Positions 52,210 through 64,000 of a stretch of DNA of 64,000 bases are shown piece after piece. The position numbers were made by a program, and so were the translations under genes. The notes under the pieces are model-generated. The model saw only the letters and a list, made by a program, of their open reading frames with translations, did not search any database and had not been told where the DNA came from. The stretch comes from Catajapyx aquilonaris. Lineage: Eukaryota. The stretch lies in NCBI GenBank assembly GCA_000934665.2, contig JYFJ02001725.1, positions 1 to 64,000 of the forward strand, in the 5' to 3' direction. Each line of letters begins with the position of its first letter. The stretch's first letter is position 1.

Positions 52210-52715
52210 AACAACAACAACATCACGACATTTCCCTACGAGGGGTAGTCAGCGATGAAGCGAGACGCAAGCTAACCCAACATATGAACTAATAAAACTC
52301 ATGAGAATAAACCTAAAAACAACCTGTCCCACCCCCCACCCCTGCCCACCTCAGACATCACCTTATTCTCAGACATATTTACCTATTATCTATTAATTAA
52401 CATACGGCATTTACACCTATCCAAACAAACAACCCTAGCCTCAGCCACGTCCATGGTCCTATTGACACAAGAACGTCTCGGCTTAACACTAGCAACACCC
52501 TTAAGACCCTGACCCACCTGGTCCAACCATGTCTTCCTAGGCCTACCCTTGCCCCTCTTACCAACTACTCCACCCAAATAAACCTTCTTCACAATCTCCT
52601 CCTCCTTCATCCTCTCCACATGGCCAAACCACCTTAGAGTAGACCTACACACCTTATCTTTAACAGTCTCCTTAACATTACACCTCTCCAAAATCTCCTC
52701 ATTCCTAATCCTATC
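52200..52715 (-). mobile_element. 5'-truncated RTE-clade LINE 3' end flanked by (AAT)n tracts
   Basis: DRIRNEEI...LRWFGHVERM...GKRGKGRPRKTWLD is the RTE C-terminal signature. Confidence 0.88.
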
Positions 52716-52779
<64 letters not shown>

Positions 52780-52985
52780 TATTTATTCTGCTTGGGAGAA
52801 TCCCATATGCAGAGGGAGAAGCACCCCTTAATTATAATACAATTATTACAAATAATGTATCTGTCCCTCCAATACACTTAACAACCATAAACCGTCGAGG
52901 ATATGCTAATCTAGGTGGGAAGCAAAAAGAAAAAAGAAAAGAAAAAAGTGGAAATAGAAGGAACTGGAAGGAAATAGCAACTTAC

Positions 52986-53467
52986 CCTTATCACCATATT
53001 TTTGCATTGGCAGCAGTCTCCCAGAAGCCCCTCATAACATGATTTCAGGTATGGCTCCATCTCAGCCAAAGTCGAGATTGAGAGATGCAAGCCACGCTTA
53101 TCCTGGAGAAGCCATCTATCCTCAACAAGTTTCTTAATGCATGCATCAACTTCCGACATCGTCATAGTGAAATCTTTGTCCTTGGATACAGCGTTCATCA
53201 CATCAATGGCAGTAATTTCTCTTCCATTCTTGTACTGTGCTTCCACAATCATATCAATGATCTTCTTGTATACATTATGTTCATGGGTATCGTAAACTTC
53301 ATGCGAGAGGGCTGTCGGGTTGTTCATCTCCGTGTACACTAAACAATAGTGTAAAATGCCAGTAACCTCGCATGTTGCCTTTTTAATCAACAGCAGCTGG
53401 AATTTTATGCGGGTGTTGATGAGGCTTACGCATGCCTGCAGTTCTTCCTGGGGGTTTACAACCACTA
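52986..53467 (-). CDS. NSMCE1: NSE1 exon 2 (winged-helix region and start of RING)
   Basis: INTRIKFQLLLIKKATCEVTG...KLVEDRWL...LAEMEPYL...CCQCKNMVIR; phase 1 to 0; GTAAG donor. Confidence 0.9.
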
Positions 53468-54264
53468 CTAGAAACAAAACAGAGAAAAAACGTTATGTGA
53501 ATAACTTCTGCTATGTATGAGACCACCCATTATACCACCATTACCCATAATGATTATAATGTGACAGGTGAAGGAACCAGTCTGAATTGAAAAGTGATCT
53601 GGCATTTTGGTGAAAACCTTTGTGCTGGTGCACATAGGCCGCTTTTTGTTGCAGATGTGCTTTTGGAAATAAAAAGGATTGAATGAGAGCATTCACACAT
53701 GGTCACAGCAGCTTGGCAAGGGTTCTTGAAATCCGGGGAGTTTTCGGCATTTAAGAGTTGACCTCTGCCCCACAAAAAGGGGTCACCAGGTCATTTTGAG
53801 CAGGTCACTTTAGGTGCATTTTTCATCCCTTGGGGTGGCCTACCAATGTACCGAATTTCAAGAAAATCGGCGAGACCTTGGAAAGTGTCCCTTGTGAGTT
53901 CAAGAGGTCATAACTTTTGACCTTGTGGGCATCCGCCTAAATTGTTTGCATTTTCTTTAATAACTTCCTGCCTATATTATTGTTCCAAGTTTCATTCAGA
54001 AACTCCACGGACAACACTTACCTTTCCCTTGTCAATGGCAGGTCCGAGCGTCTGCAGAGTCTAGTGGGAACTCAAGGCCACAGGACCCTAGGTTTTGGAC
54101 CATTACTTTTCAGCGGTGCATGCGCACAGAGCCACAGCCACAAGCCATTGACGCCACAGATCCAGTCATATGTCCATGCTTGTTCACCATGCCATGAGGA
54201 AATGGCAATTTCAGCAATTTACCACCAAGGATTGTGCAATTAGTCAAGAAAATTAATGTCAAAG

Positions 54265-54520
54265 ACTTGATGTCCGAATTCGAGGCCCATCCCACTATTT
54301 AGGAAGCATCAGTTGCCGAAAATACCAAAAAACATTTTACCATCTTGCCTCAGATCTTCGTATAGTACTGTACATGGTACAAGTCCTTTCGACGACCTTT
54401 CAAGCAATAAAGGATGAACATGAATTTTCCTGTTTTGTATGGAAGCCCAGAAGTGCAACCTCCTCCTTCTAGAACTACTCTTTGCCAGTTGGCCACTCCT
54501 CTTGCGCAGCAAACCACTCC
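54265..54520 (-). pseudogene. PIF/Harbinger transposase N-terminal relic
   Basis: HVHPLLLERSSKG...LYEDLRQDGKMFF then GPRIR resembles the WVHP...G.F..LY.DLR.D..KFF.YFRM pattern; frameshifted. Confidence 0.55.
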
Positions 54521-54657
54521 TCTTTGTGGGGTGGTGGCTGTGTGATCACTGTTACTCAACGTAGTAGTTCTCACAGACTAGAGAACAGAATAGTCATATG
54601 TAGAATGCAGAGATAGGGCTGATTCTTCATCTTTCCTTGTCCTACTATTAACATTAA

Positions 54658-55729
54658 TCCCTTCGGTACCAAATCTAGGCGATGAGATTCGCTTCTGTTC
54701 AACTTGCATGCACTCTGAAGATACGGACAAGATATTTTACAACTAATAACAGCTATACTTACACGTTCATGCTGTACTATCGGGTTCAAATAGTTCCGGC
54801 CACTTTATCCTGGTCTTGAAGCAACCCTTCGCAGGAAGTGTGAGAGTGTGAAGGGTTGCTTCAAGACCAGGATAAAGTGGCCAGAACTATTTGAACCCGA
54901 TAGTACACTATGAATATGCTGGAACAATTTTCCGCTTCTAGAAGTCGCAAAATTAATTTCCAAAAATATCGCCGTAACAATTATAATTATAATGGGTGTA
55001 GTGCATACCCTCACCAAGGTTTCGCACAGACCTTTATTTTCCTCATCAAGGATATACCGTATTTGTCTCGACGAAGTGCCTGGGTCCGCGAGCAAGGGCA
55101 CCGGAGAAGAAGCCAGAGATGACCCCGAACTCTGCACGAGATGAAGGGGGAATGCCCGGGCTTGGGGTCAAACGCGGGACCCTTACATCCGTGGGCGCAT
55201 ACGTTACCACAGTGCCACTCTACCTCCCCTTAGCTGATTTAATTATGAAATACGCTAAAATATACGGCATAACAACCTTGAGAATTGCGCTCTGATGAAT
55301 CTGCTGACACTGTCATATTTGTGTGAATTAATCAATTTTGGAGTTTTCCGAAGTGAGAGGCAAGCCGCAGTAGTATTAATTTAATTCTCACGAATTACGA
55401 CGATTTTGTCAGAAATGTCAAAGCACGAATCTCAAGGTTGTTGTTCTGTATATTTTAACATATTACATAATTAAATCAGCCAAACTGTTGGTTGGCAGTA
55501 CTCGAATTTCGACAGCGATATTTTTGGAAATTAATTTAGGGACTTCTATGGGAGGGAAATTGTTTCCAACACATTCATAGTATTTTCCACGAACGGATAA
55601 ATATAGCTGTTATTATTTGTAAAATATTGAGGCTGTATCTTCAGTGCACGCGTGATCGGAAAACTAGGCGATGGTACTGTGTGGTCGAGTGCTCATCGCC
55701 TCGATTCTAGGTGGCTGGTAGTGAAGGGG
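54658..55729. mobile_element. Second, diverged piggyBac-type palindromic element with nested MITE (54773-54907) and SINE C (about 54992-55229)
   Basis: TTAA flanks; arms homologous to 18855-19639; inner 135-bp hairpin TGTACTATCGGGTTCAAATAG...CTATTTGAACCCGATAGTACA. Confidence 0.8.
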
Positions 55730-56240
55730 TTAATGTGAGCTAATGTCATATAAACATACGGGGGCTCTCTGAACCTGATTTTTTTTTTAAATTCTGAAAA
55801 ATATAAAGGCCTAATTTATTCAGAAAGAATCATTTCTTGGTCCAGCCCACACCCCTTCTTATTTTCACACCAACAGGTCAAGGGTGTCTGCCAGCTCCAA
55901 TTTCAGTTCTGCCACATGATAAGGAGGCTGCCATTACAGCTGCTAAGTCAGGAGTGGGATATCAGGAGTCAACCCAGAGCACGGTCTTAGACCCAGAGTC
56001 ACAGTTGTTTTTTTTGGGTATGTGCCACTTATAATGCCAACAGAATTTAGGAGGCACAAATATTTTACTTTTGCTGTTGACGTAAGATGGTAATATAAAA
56101 CCTACATGGGGTCTTAAAAGTTTTTCAAGTGAAACATGGCTAAATGACGTTTCATACTGAGAGGTAACAATACCGAAGGACCTGCTTGTCATGCCCAGGG
56201 AAAGAAGATGAGGATTTCCAGGAATCTACAAGGTCACTAT

Positions 56241-56511
56241 AATAATAATAATAATAATGGATACCCCATGATAGGCCTCCTCGAGCCTCTTTAAGGATCA
56301 TCTTTTCAATTGACCGTCTTTATTCATTGCCTGGCATGTGATGGATTTTGATAGTGGGAGGACCCCACGAAAACCCACGCGAACACGGAGAGAACCCATC
56401 GAAACTCTATCCACATATGACATAAGTGTCCTCTGTCCGACCTAGGGATCGAACTCGGGACCTCAGAGGTGACAGGCTGTGGCGCTAACCACTACGCCAC
56501 TGTGTCACCCT
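56241..56511 (-). mobile_element. SINE family A
   Basis: Reverse-complement homologue of 7712-7987; TSD TACAAGGTCACTAT. Confidence 0.85.
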
Positions 56512-56711
56512 GTACAAGGTCACTATTCTTTAGGGAACAGAATTTATGGCAGGACTATGTATACATGGTTGTACGTGATTTTCACACACCATTGGCTGGC
56601 ACTTCCACTGGAAAGCAAGCCAGTGTTCTCAGAAATGATCATGTGCAGTCCTGACATGCATGTAATAATTGGCTACACCCAAAATGGGTTTCATAAATAA
56701 TGCCACATATA

Positions 56712-57186
56712 CAGGGTGTCCCTTACTAGTCGCCCTTCTGTCCGGCAGTGCACTAATTGGCCCAAAACAAGTCGTAAATGTAGGGAGGAGAAATGTCGAG
56801 GCAGTAACTGATAACAAGATACACGATGATCAAGATGAGGTCGCCCCTAAGACAATCGCGGCCACCCACATCCACCCACCGGCTTTTGTGTGGGAGGCGC
56901 GGCAATGGCTTTAGCAAGGTCGCCTCATGCTCAGCGTGCAATGTTGGGTTCATATCCTGCCCCCTAGGCAACCCCTACAAGTGAGGGAGTGGAACCGATT
57001 GCTGCTCCTCCCGCACAACAGCCGGTGGGTGGGTGGCCGCGATTGTCTTAGGGGTGACCTCATCTTGATCTTAGTTTATCTTGTTACCAGTTACTGCCTC
57101 GACATTTCTCCTCCCTACATTTACAACTTGTTTTGGGCCAATTAGTGCACTGCCAGACGGAAGGGCGACTAGTACGGGACACCCTG
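56712..57186. mobile_element. Tc1/mariner-type MITE with ~185-bp TIRs in NSE1 intron 1
   Basis: TA|CAGGGTGTCCC...GGGACACCCTG|TA; related fragment at about 11325-11385. Confidence 0.85.
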
Positions 57187-57229
57187 TATGCCACAGCTGT
57201 TGCCATAATTTGGTGTGTGCAATACGAAC

Positions 57230-57344
57230 CTCCTTGGTTGATGCAGAGCTGCTTGTAGATATCCAGGGCCTCGGTAGCAGGGACGCAATTTCGGGCCAGC
57301 ATAATCTGAATGAAACCCCGATGCACGTTCGTGTAGTCTCCCAT
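57230..57344 (-). CDS. NSMCE1: NSE1 (SMC5/6 non-SMC element 1) exon 1
   Basis: ACAATGG start; MGDYTNVHRGFIQIMLARNCVP resembles the NSE1 N-terminal HR.F.Q motif; donor G|GTTCGT in phase 1. Confidence 0.85.
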
Positions 57345-57399
57345 TGTCGCAGGTTGTGACGGGCCGACTTTCTACCAAAAACTGCAACGAAGAACACAA

Positions 57400-57720
57400 T
57401 CCCGTTTTTGTTAGTCAGAGTTCGTCGTCGTCCTGCTTCCACCAACATACATGCTCAAGTCGAGTGCGCTACACCCACCTCCTGGGCTCGTGTTCGGACC
57501 TTGATGCCTCGGTCCCTCGGAAAACCGACGACCCACAGACCAGCTGTGAGAATAAACACGCAGACGACCGCCAAACGGCCACACACTGAGAGAGAGCAGA
57601 CACGCCCGCGTAATACGACGACTGTTTGTTAGTATGACATCCCCCCGTTCCTTTTTACAGCGCCATTCGAGATATAAAGGCGCAATTATTGAACTTTTTA
57701 TGCTTTGAAAATACAGAGAT
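57400..57720 (-). promoter_or_regulatory. CpG-rich 5'UTR/promoter of NSE1
   Basis: CpG-dense segment directly upstream of the NSE1 ATG. Confidence 0.45.
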
Positions 57721-60365
57721 TTACTGAGCGGAATAAACATCATGGTATCTCTATTTATGTGTCTAAGACCGCATGCCCTAAGACCTTGGTCTAAGACGAG
57801 TGGATATCTGTGGTGGTCTGGTGGTCTGGTGCACGTCTGGTGGAAAGGTGAAAATAATTAATATACACCTTCCCTCTAGCGGGAGGTAGTCCAAGTACCA
57901 AGTACTGTGTATACAGCCGAATCCGTGAGGCCAATGCCACCAATGCTCTGAAACTAGATGCCAGCCAGGCAGCCAACAGACGCGATTGGTAATTGGTTAC
58001 TTCGGAGCTCGGAGCTCCGAAGTAGCCAATTGCGAGCCGAGTTGATACGATCCAGTTGGCCTTTGACCCGAAGCATATGTGGTGTAGGCTCGGCGACTGT
58101 TCCAGACTTGTCAGATTTCTGTCATTTTCTCTAACCGTAGTGAAGAAGATCACACCACTGCACTGATCACACCTACAATCACGCCTACAATACAGTACAC
58201 TACGAGGCAGGAGGGCAATAATTCCACGTTAGATCGCCAAAATAATAGCTAGATTCACACCCGCTATTTTTTAATGAAAGCGAAAATTGGAATGTCAACT
58301 CACACCACAATATGGAAATATTAGATAAATATATTAGTGCCTCATGGGGTCAACAGTTCACAAGTTACAAGCACTAAGCACATGAAAAATTCCAAAAACC
58401 TAATAATGCAAGTGTTTCATGTTGTTACTTATCACATCTTGATAATTATTTTAGTAGGCCTACTACAATTGTGGGAAAGGGAGTTACTATGCAAGATATA
58501 TCTTATAAACCTTTAAAAATACTTTTGAAGTCAATTTTATTTGAGGTCGAAGTGCATGACCTGTGACCTTTCAAAATCAGTATTTATAGAAAATTACCAA
58601 AAATGGTAAAACGTTACTGCAGATATAAGTTCACTATGTCCTTAAATTTCAACGGACTAATTAGTTTAGTTTTTGAGAGGAAAAATCCAATCTGTATAAG
58701 AATGGACCGCCATCCTACCAACTGACCTCCAGTTTTGAGTGTCTCGGAGGCTGCACAACACTCTTCCATACCTTCCATACGCTCCATACTATCAATAGAA
58801 AGCCAGGTATAATATTACACTAAGATATGATCTGCAGCATAAGTTTCTGACTATAAAACACATTACATGGGAGTAGATCGTTCATGTATTAATATGCGAG
58901 GAATATATTGTTCAAAAAAACCAATTTCGCTAAAATTTTATGCTCATTTTGATCAATTTGTGAGAAGTTGTTTACCATAATAAGAAGTTACATGTCACCG
59001 TTTTTCTCCCACCTGTTACTATGATGATTGAGAAAAATGGCAGCAGAATTTTTTTGTTTTATCTTTTTAATCGTTAATTTTACGTATGAAAAATATATCC
59101 GTTGAAACTTAAAGAGAATTAAATTTTGCATAAAAATTGCATTAACAATATTATGACAAAACTGTAACCGTTTCTCGTCAACATAACGAGAGGACAACAT
59201 TCGTTACTACCCTTGTCTAACCTACAATTTCCAAGAGATGAACATGATTTACAACTGGCATGCCTTTCTTTCTTCATCATATTATTAAGTATGTGAATGA
59301 AACCTTATATTTTGTGCTGTTCAAGTTATACCTGAAAATTAAAATACAGAGTTAAAATGTAATTTTAACAAAATAATATTTGGCACAGACATGGTGGTGT
59401 ATGTTTTGCAAAACATGGTGGATTGCTATGCATTCCCATCAAACATGCTTACAACGTTACTAAATACACGCCAAGATCTACAACTAGGTATGCTCATGCA
59501 CCACTGCAGCAAAATAACCACATTTAGTTTCGCCACATTTGGGAGGGATTGTATCAGGCAAGTTTCAACTACGGATACCAAGCAGGACCTCAACACCAAG
59601 TTGTTAATAATTGATATAAAAATTGAACAGTAAAGAAACAAATTGGAAGATTTCAAGTGAAGTCAAGTCATCTCCTGCTGCCGCTACTTGTCATGAAGTT
59701 TGAGTCGAGCATCTATACTGTATGATGTTTTTTCAATGTCTTGCACATGAAAATAGTAAAATTCAGTTACCATGTTAATATTTCACTGCACAGGGCAGAG
59801 AATTTTGTGACCTGAAACCCAGCATTGGTCTTCCTCTGGAGGCCATCAGCAATAGAGTTATGAACATCCTCTTGGTGCATCATATTGACATAGTAGTCCT
59901 CAACCTCACTATATGCATCAGAAAATCCTAACGACACCTTCTGCAACTCATGCCACAAACGATACAAGGATTCATAGTGGTGTGGAGAGATAATTTTTAT
60001 GGAATCTTCACTCACTCAGTGTCAGTTGAAAGAAATAATGGCTATCTAAATATGGATTTAGTCATGGAATGGATTCAATGTTTGGATGGGGCTGATTTGA
60101 ATAGGGTAAACCTTACAGTGATGGCCCACTGCTTCCTGGTTCTTTAAGAAATAAGCCGTGTAAATGCCATAACATGAAGAAGTGATCATGTTGTGACACC
60201 TGTGACCTTTGGCTTGAACTCGGTCGAAAATCTGTCCGCAGAGGTCACTGCAAGAGCAGTAATGGCACCTCACAAACAGACCTGCTGTTCATGTAGGATA
60301 AACCACACAGTGACGGCCAGATTCTACAATCTGCATGCTCTTGTGGCTTTATCTTGTGTCAGTTA

Positions 60366-61082
60366 GGCTGGGTTCACACTAGGCGTTTTTGTCGCGCGAC
60401 AAAAACGCCGCGACAAGTCGCTCAAAACAGAACACATGCAAACTTATGGGGCATGACACACCACGACTTCTTTCCTGCTTGGTCGTCGCAAAACGCAGCA
60501 TGCTGCGTTTTTGCTGCCGCTACAAAAACGCAGCGACGAAGTCGCTGAAAACTGAACACATGGTAATCAGTTGGGGCAGACACACCTGGCGACAAAGTCG
60601 CGTGAAAAGTGTTTAATTTTGACTATTGTGGAACGGTAGTTGCTAAGGGTCAGGTTGGCAACGCTGCTCGGGTTGCATCAGTAGGGGAAGCAAAACGCGC
60701 GACAAAAACGCCAAGTGTGAACCAAAGAGTTCTGCTATATTATATATACACCTAGAGGAGGTACTCGGCCTGAAATGTGAGGCAGGCAACAATATTACCT
60801 CCAACAAGATGGCGGACGCCTGACATTATTTGAACTAATTGTCGCCCAGTTGTCATTATTGGTTGTTGTCCCAGTTGCTAGACAACTGTTAGAACAACAA
60901 TATTACCTCCAACAAGATGGCGGCTACCTCAGCCTGTCTAATGGAAAAGGATAGGGAGTACCTCCTCTAGGTATTATATAATATAATAGCAGAACTCTTT
61001 GGTGTGAACCTCGTGAGGCGTCAGCGACGAAAACGCGGCAACAAAGTCGCAGTCGACAAAAACGCCTAGTGTGAACCCAGCC
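60366..61082. mobile_element. PIF/Harbinger (Tourist-like) MITE
   Basis: TTA|GGCTGGGTTCACACTAGGCGTTTTTGTCG...CGACAAAAACGCCTAGTGTGAACCCAGCC|TTA. Confidence 0.88.
60723..61001. mobile_element. hAT-like MITE nested in the Harbinger MITE
   Basis: TIR CAAAGAGTTCTGCTA; exact 8-bp TSD GTGTGAAC. Confidence 0.85.
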
Positions 61083-61904
61083 TTAGGCCTACGGACCTAA
61101 TACCAATGGTCCATAGACTCCATACTATCCTTAGCTTCCTAATCTAGATAGCCCATTGGTTTTCTGCCATGACCATCACTATCTTGGCACCTGGCCATTA
61201 TTATTTGCAATGGTGGCCATTACTTCCTGTTAGGCAGTATATTTTGTGCATTTAAATATACGTACATATTCTGACAGATTTAAATAAATTTGATGGTATG
61301 TGAACGGGCAAATCCTGTTATTAGATAAACATTTCAGAAAATTTATGCAGAAAGAAATTCTGAGGATATTCATGTATTACTCAGACCAATACTCTAAACA
61401 GGCTATCACTATGCGGTTTACCCTACCTGCTTTAAAAAAATTAAGCAACATATTCTTTCCTATTAAGCACTGGTGATATGCCAAAAATTGTGCTATGAAT
61501 TTTTTAAGATGTTGCAGTAATTTGAGCAATGATATAGCACAAACCACTCACGTTGTGTACAAAATCATTTGTTTGTCACTTCTTGGTCTCCTACTATAAT
61601 AATTTCAGTTATTATTGCATGATTAGGATTTTGAGAGTGGCAGATTATTTAAGTATGGTTAGGTTCACTTAACTGAATGTCAAGATATTTTCAATGTTCT
61701 CCCTTGATACAGGTATTTAAGAATATAATGGCAACAGTTAAAATCAATGGACAGTAATTTATGCAGTTGTTTCTACAGGGCAGGTATATTTTTTAAGGTG
61801 TCCATGGCAGCCCAACTTACAATGACTTGACCACAGAAACACCCTTTTTATTACTTTCCAAGGTCACAAGATGATTTCTTCAGGTATTGTGCTCCTGCGT
61901 GTTT

Positions 61905-62086
61905 CTAACCCTGTCCTATACAAAACTTGAGTAGGTCCACATCAGAATACAACATAAAGCTTTTGAGAGTCTCAGGAACTTCCAACTGATCCAAAGCACT
62001 CCTAACCAGTTGGCCTGGATGGAGAGATTGTGACAATGCATGCCGAATGCGTCCCCTGCACAGGTGCTTCAGGGATGGGACAGAAT
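61905..62086 (-). CDS. Terminal exon of a SOCS-box protein (upstream domains not identified in the window)
   Basis: VPSLKHLCRGRIR...L.VPETLKSFMLY matches the SOCS-box BC box and cullin box; acceptor TTTGGCAG, stop TAG. Confidence 0.8.
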
Positions 62087-62211
62087 CTGCCAAAGAAACA
62101 AAATCAGCACATTTAGAAACCGGCCTAAATAAACACCACAGGCTAGTCCTTCATTACACGTATTTTTCATGCTGATAGTACTGTAGCTTCACTATAATGT
62201 ATGAGCAATGG

Positions 62212-62563
62212 GGGAGGCGTGGTGGGACTGGTGGCTGAGCCGGTAACGACTAGGCCTGTTGAGTGAAAGGTCCTGGGCTTGATCCCTGCCCGGGAGTTCC
62301 CTTTCACCTGTGTCACGAGGGTGTCTGACCCGCGCCATGGAGGAGTCTGGCAACCTAACCTCCAGGGAGACTTCACATGACCCCTTTACCGACATTACAC
62401 TTGCACCCGTGTCTCTTCCCTAAAAAATCCCTATCCCTACCTCATGTCCATTCTTCCCTGCATGGTGATTGAAGAAAATAACAAAAAATTGGCATTGAAA
62501 AATGGTGGTGTTCCACCCTTCTACAAGGTATCACAGGGTATTTAAAAAATTTAAATTAACAAA
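62212..62563 (+). mobile_element. SINE family B
   Basis: tRNA-like head; TSD AATGTATGAGCAATGG. Confidence 0.85.
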
Positions 62564-63125
62564 AATGTATGAGCAATGGATTTCTAGAGCCACTAATTCA
62601 TAGTTAGCTACTACATTCATAAATAAGACAAAGAACTGACACAACTACTGCACAAAGACATCTTCAGTTAGAAATGTATGTGAAGCAAATTGCATGTGCA
62701 AGTAATATTATTGAAGGAGGATGAGTTATTTCTCCCATCAAACATTGTGCATAATCTCTTTCCTCCTGATCTGTTGGGAAGTAATAATAGTCTTGCACTA
62801 GATCAGCAGCTCTAGAATGACCAAAACATGCAGGGTATTATAAGTTGTAGCTGACATTACTAACACAATGTCTATACACTAGGTTTCTTCCATGACAGAA
62901 GCAAAATGCTCTTTCCTCCTATGTGACATAGGTTCCATTCCTTCTGACAGAAATTCAATGAAAACATGAGGGGTACTCACATTCCTACCTAGGCAGGATG
63001 CACTGGATGTCGAAGTTTCACTCAAAAGCCCAGAGCTACTATTGTTGCCCAACAATTAATAACAGTGCTGACCATGAGGATATCTGGTCTAAGCCTATCA
63101 GTCTAATCATCCTGGATATAATATT

Positions 63126-63476
63126 TAATAATAATAATCCAGGTAGTGCTTTCACCCCTCTTGGGGTATATCGTACATACCTTTATTATTATTCTGTGTA
63201 CAGTGTATAGTACAAATGGAACCTTTATGTGAAGCGCCCTGGTCCAAGGGCAGGATGACTGGAAGTGGAGGTGCAATGTGCAGTGCAATATCTCATGTAG
63301 TCATTTTGTGCAGTCCACTGGACGTTACTCAAGCGGAAATCCCACCCGAGATGAAGCCAGGGATGGCCACGAACTCTGCACGAGATGAAGGGGGAGAATG
63401 CCCGGGCTTGGGATCGAACCCGGGACCCTTATATCCGTGGGCGCATACGTTACCACAGCACCACTCAGCCTCCCCT
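63126..63476 (-). mobile_element. SINE family C
   Basis: Homologous to 24451-24855; TSD CATCCTGGATATAATAT. Confidence 0.85.
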
Positions 63477-64000
63477 TGCATCCTGGATATAATATCGATT
63501 GGATTATCACTATGGCCACCTATATGAAATTAAATAAGTAAACAACCAGTTACCCAAGTGGGTAAGCTATGTAGGGCATAGCTATAGCAGGGCATAGCAG
63601 GGCATAGCAAGCCTCAGGCTCGCTTAGGGGGACACATGCACACCGTACAAAATTTTACAGTTTTGCGAATACATTTTCCAAGTAGTTGACCCTCTTACAC
63701 ATTTGGAATTTACCAGTTACATGCATCACAAAAAACCACGTTTGTATATCGTCACCTCACAAATTATCCTGACAACCCTGGCGAGATAGTGTATATAACC
63801 CTTTATTGAATGGTTTAGTACTCACATAGTTGCAATATTTTTGCAGCACTCAAAAAAAATAGTAAAGTTGTAGGAGTGATATTAATGAATAACAACTTCA
63901 CACCAAAATTAATCATTTTAATTAGTGGAGGTGCTTTTTAATGTCAAAATAATGCCAGAAAAATTCATCTACACGGGGTTCCAGAAATAATTTTTTAAGA

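Noticed and set aside
59391..60273. Short ORFs downstream of the SOCS-box exon
   Set aside because: No recognisable domain or consistent splice structure; likely 3'UTR or intergenic.
62990..63090. Candidate penultimate exon of the SOCS-box gene (donor TAG|GTAGGA)
   Set aside because: The frame needed for a phase-1 join contains a TAA and there is no good acceptor downstream of it.

Overview
Eukaryotic genomic DNA, most likely from an arthropod (probably an insect); no prokaryotic operon or CRISPR structure. Three host genes lie head-to-tail on the minus strand. (1) A PACSIN/syndapin F-BAR gene: probable non-coding first exon near 43 kb, ATG at 21136, eight phase-consistent coding exons down to about 1296, and SH3 exons presumably beyond the left edge. 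(2) A complete three-exon NSE1/NSMCE1 gene (SMC5/6 RING subunit, 257 aa), 57344 to 50786. (3) The last exon of a SOCS-box protein, 62086 to 61905. The introns and intergenic DNA are crowded with non-autonomous transposons: Tc1/mariner, hAT, Harbinger, piggyBac and Helitron-like elements, many forming long fold-backs and multi-level nests with readable TSDs, plus at least four tRNA-derived SINE families and LINE fragments. The most notable observations are two independent palindromic mariner/Tc1 elements built from two 3' ends, SINE families with different heads sharing one 3' tail, a GC-AG intron, a symmetric NPF exon whose donor overlaps a stop codon, and a sharp CpG-poor/CpG-rich mosaic. I found no convincing novel protein-coding system. 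All calls were made by eye; repeat boundaries are approximate unless a TSD is quoted.
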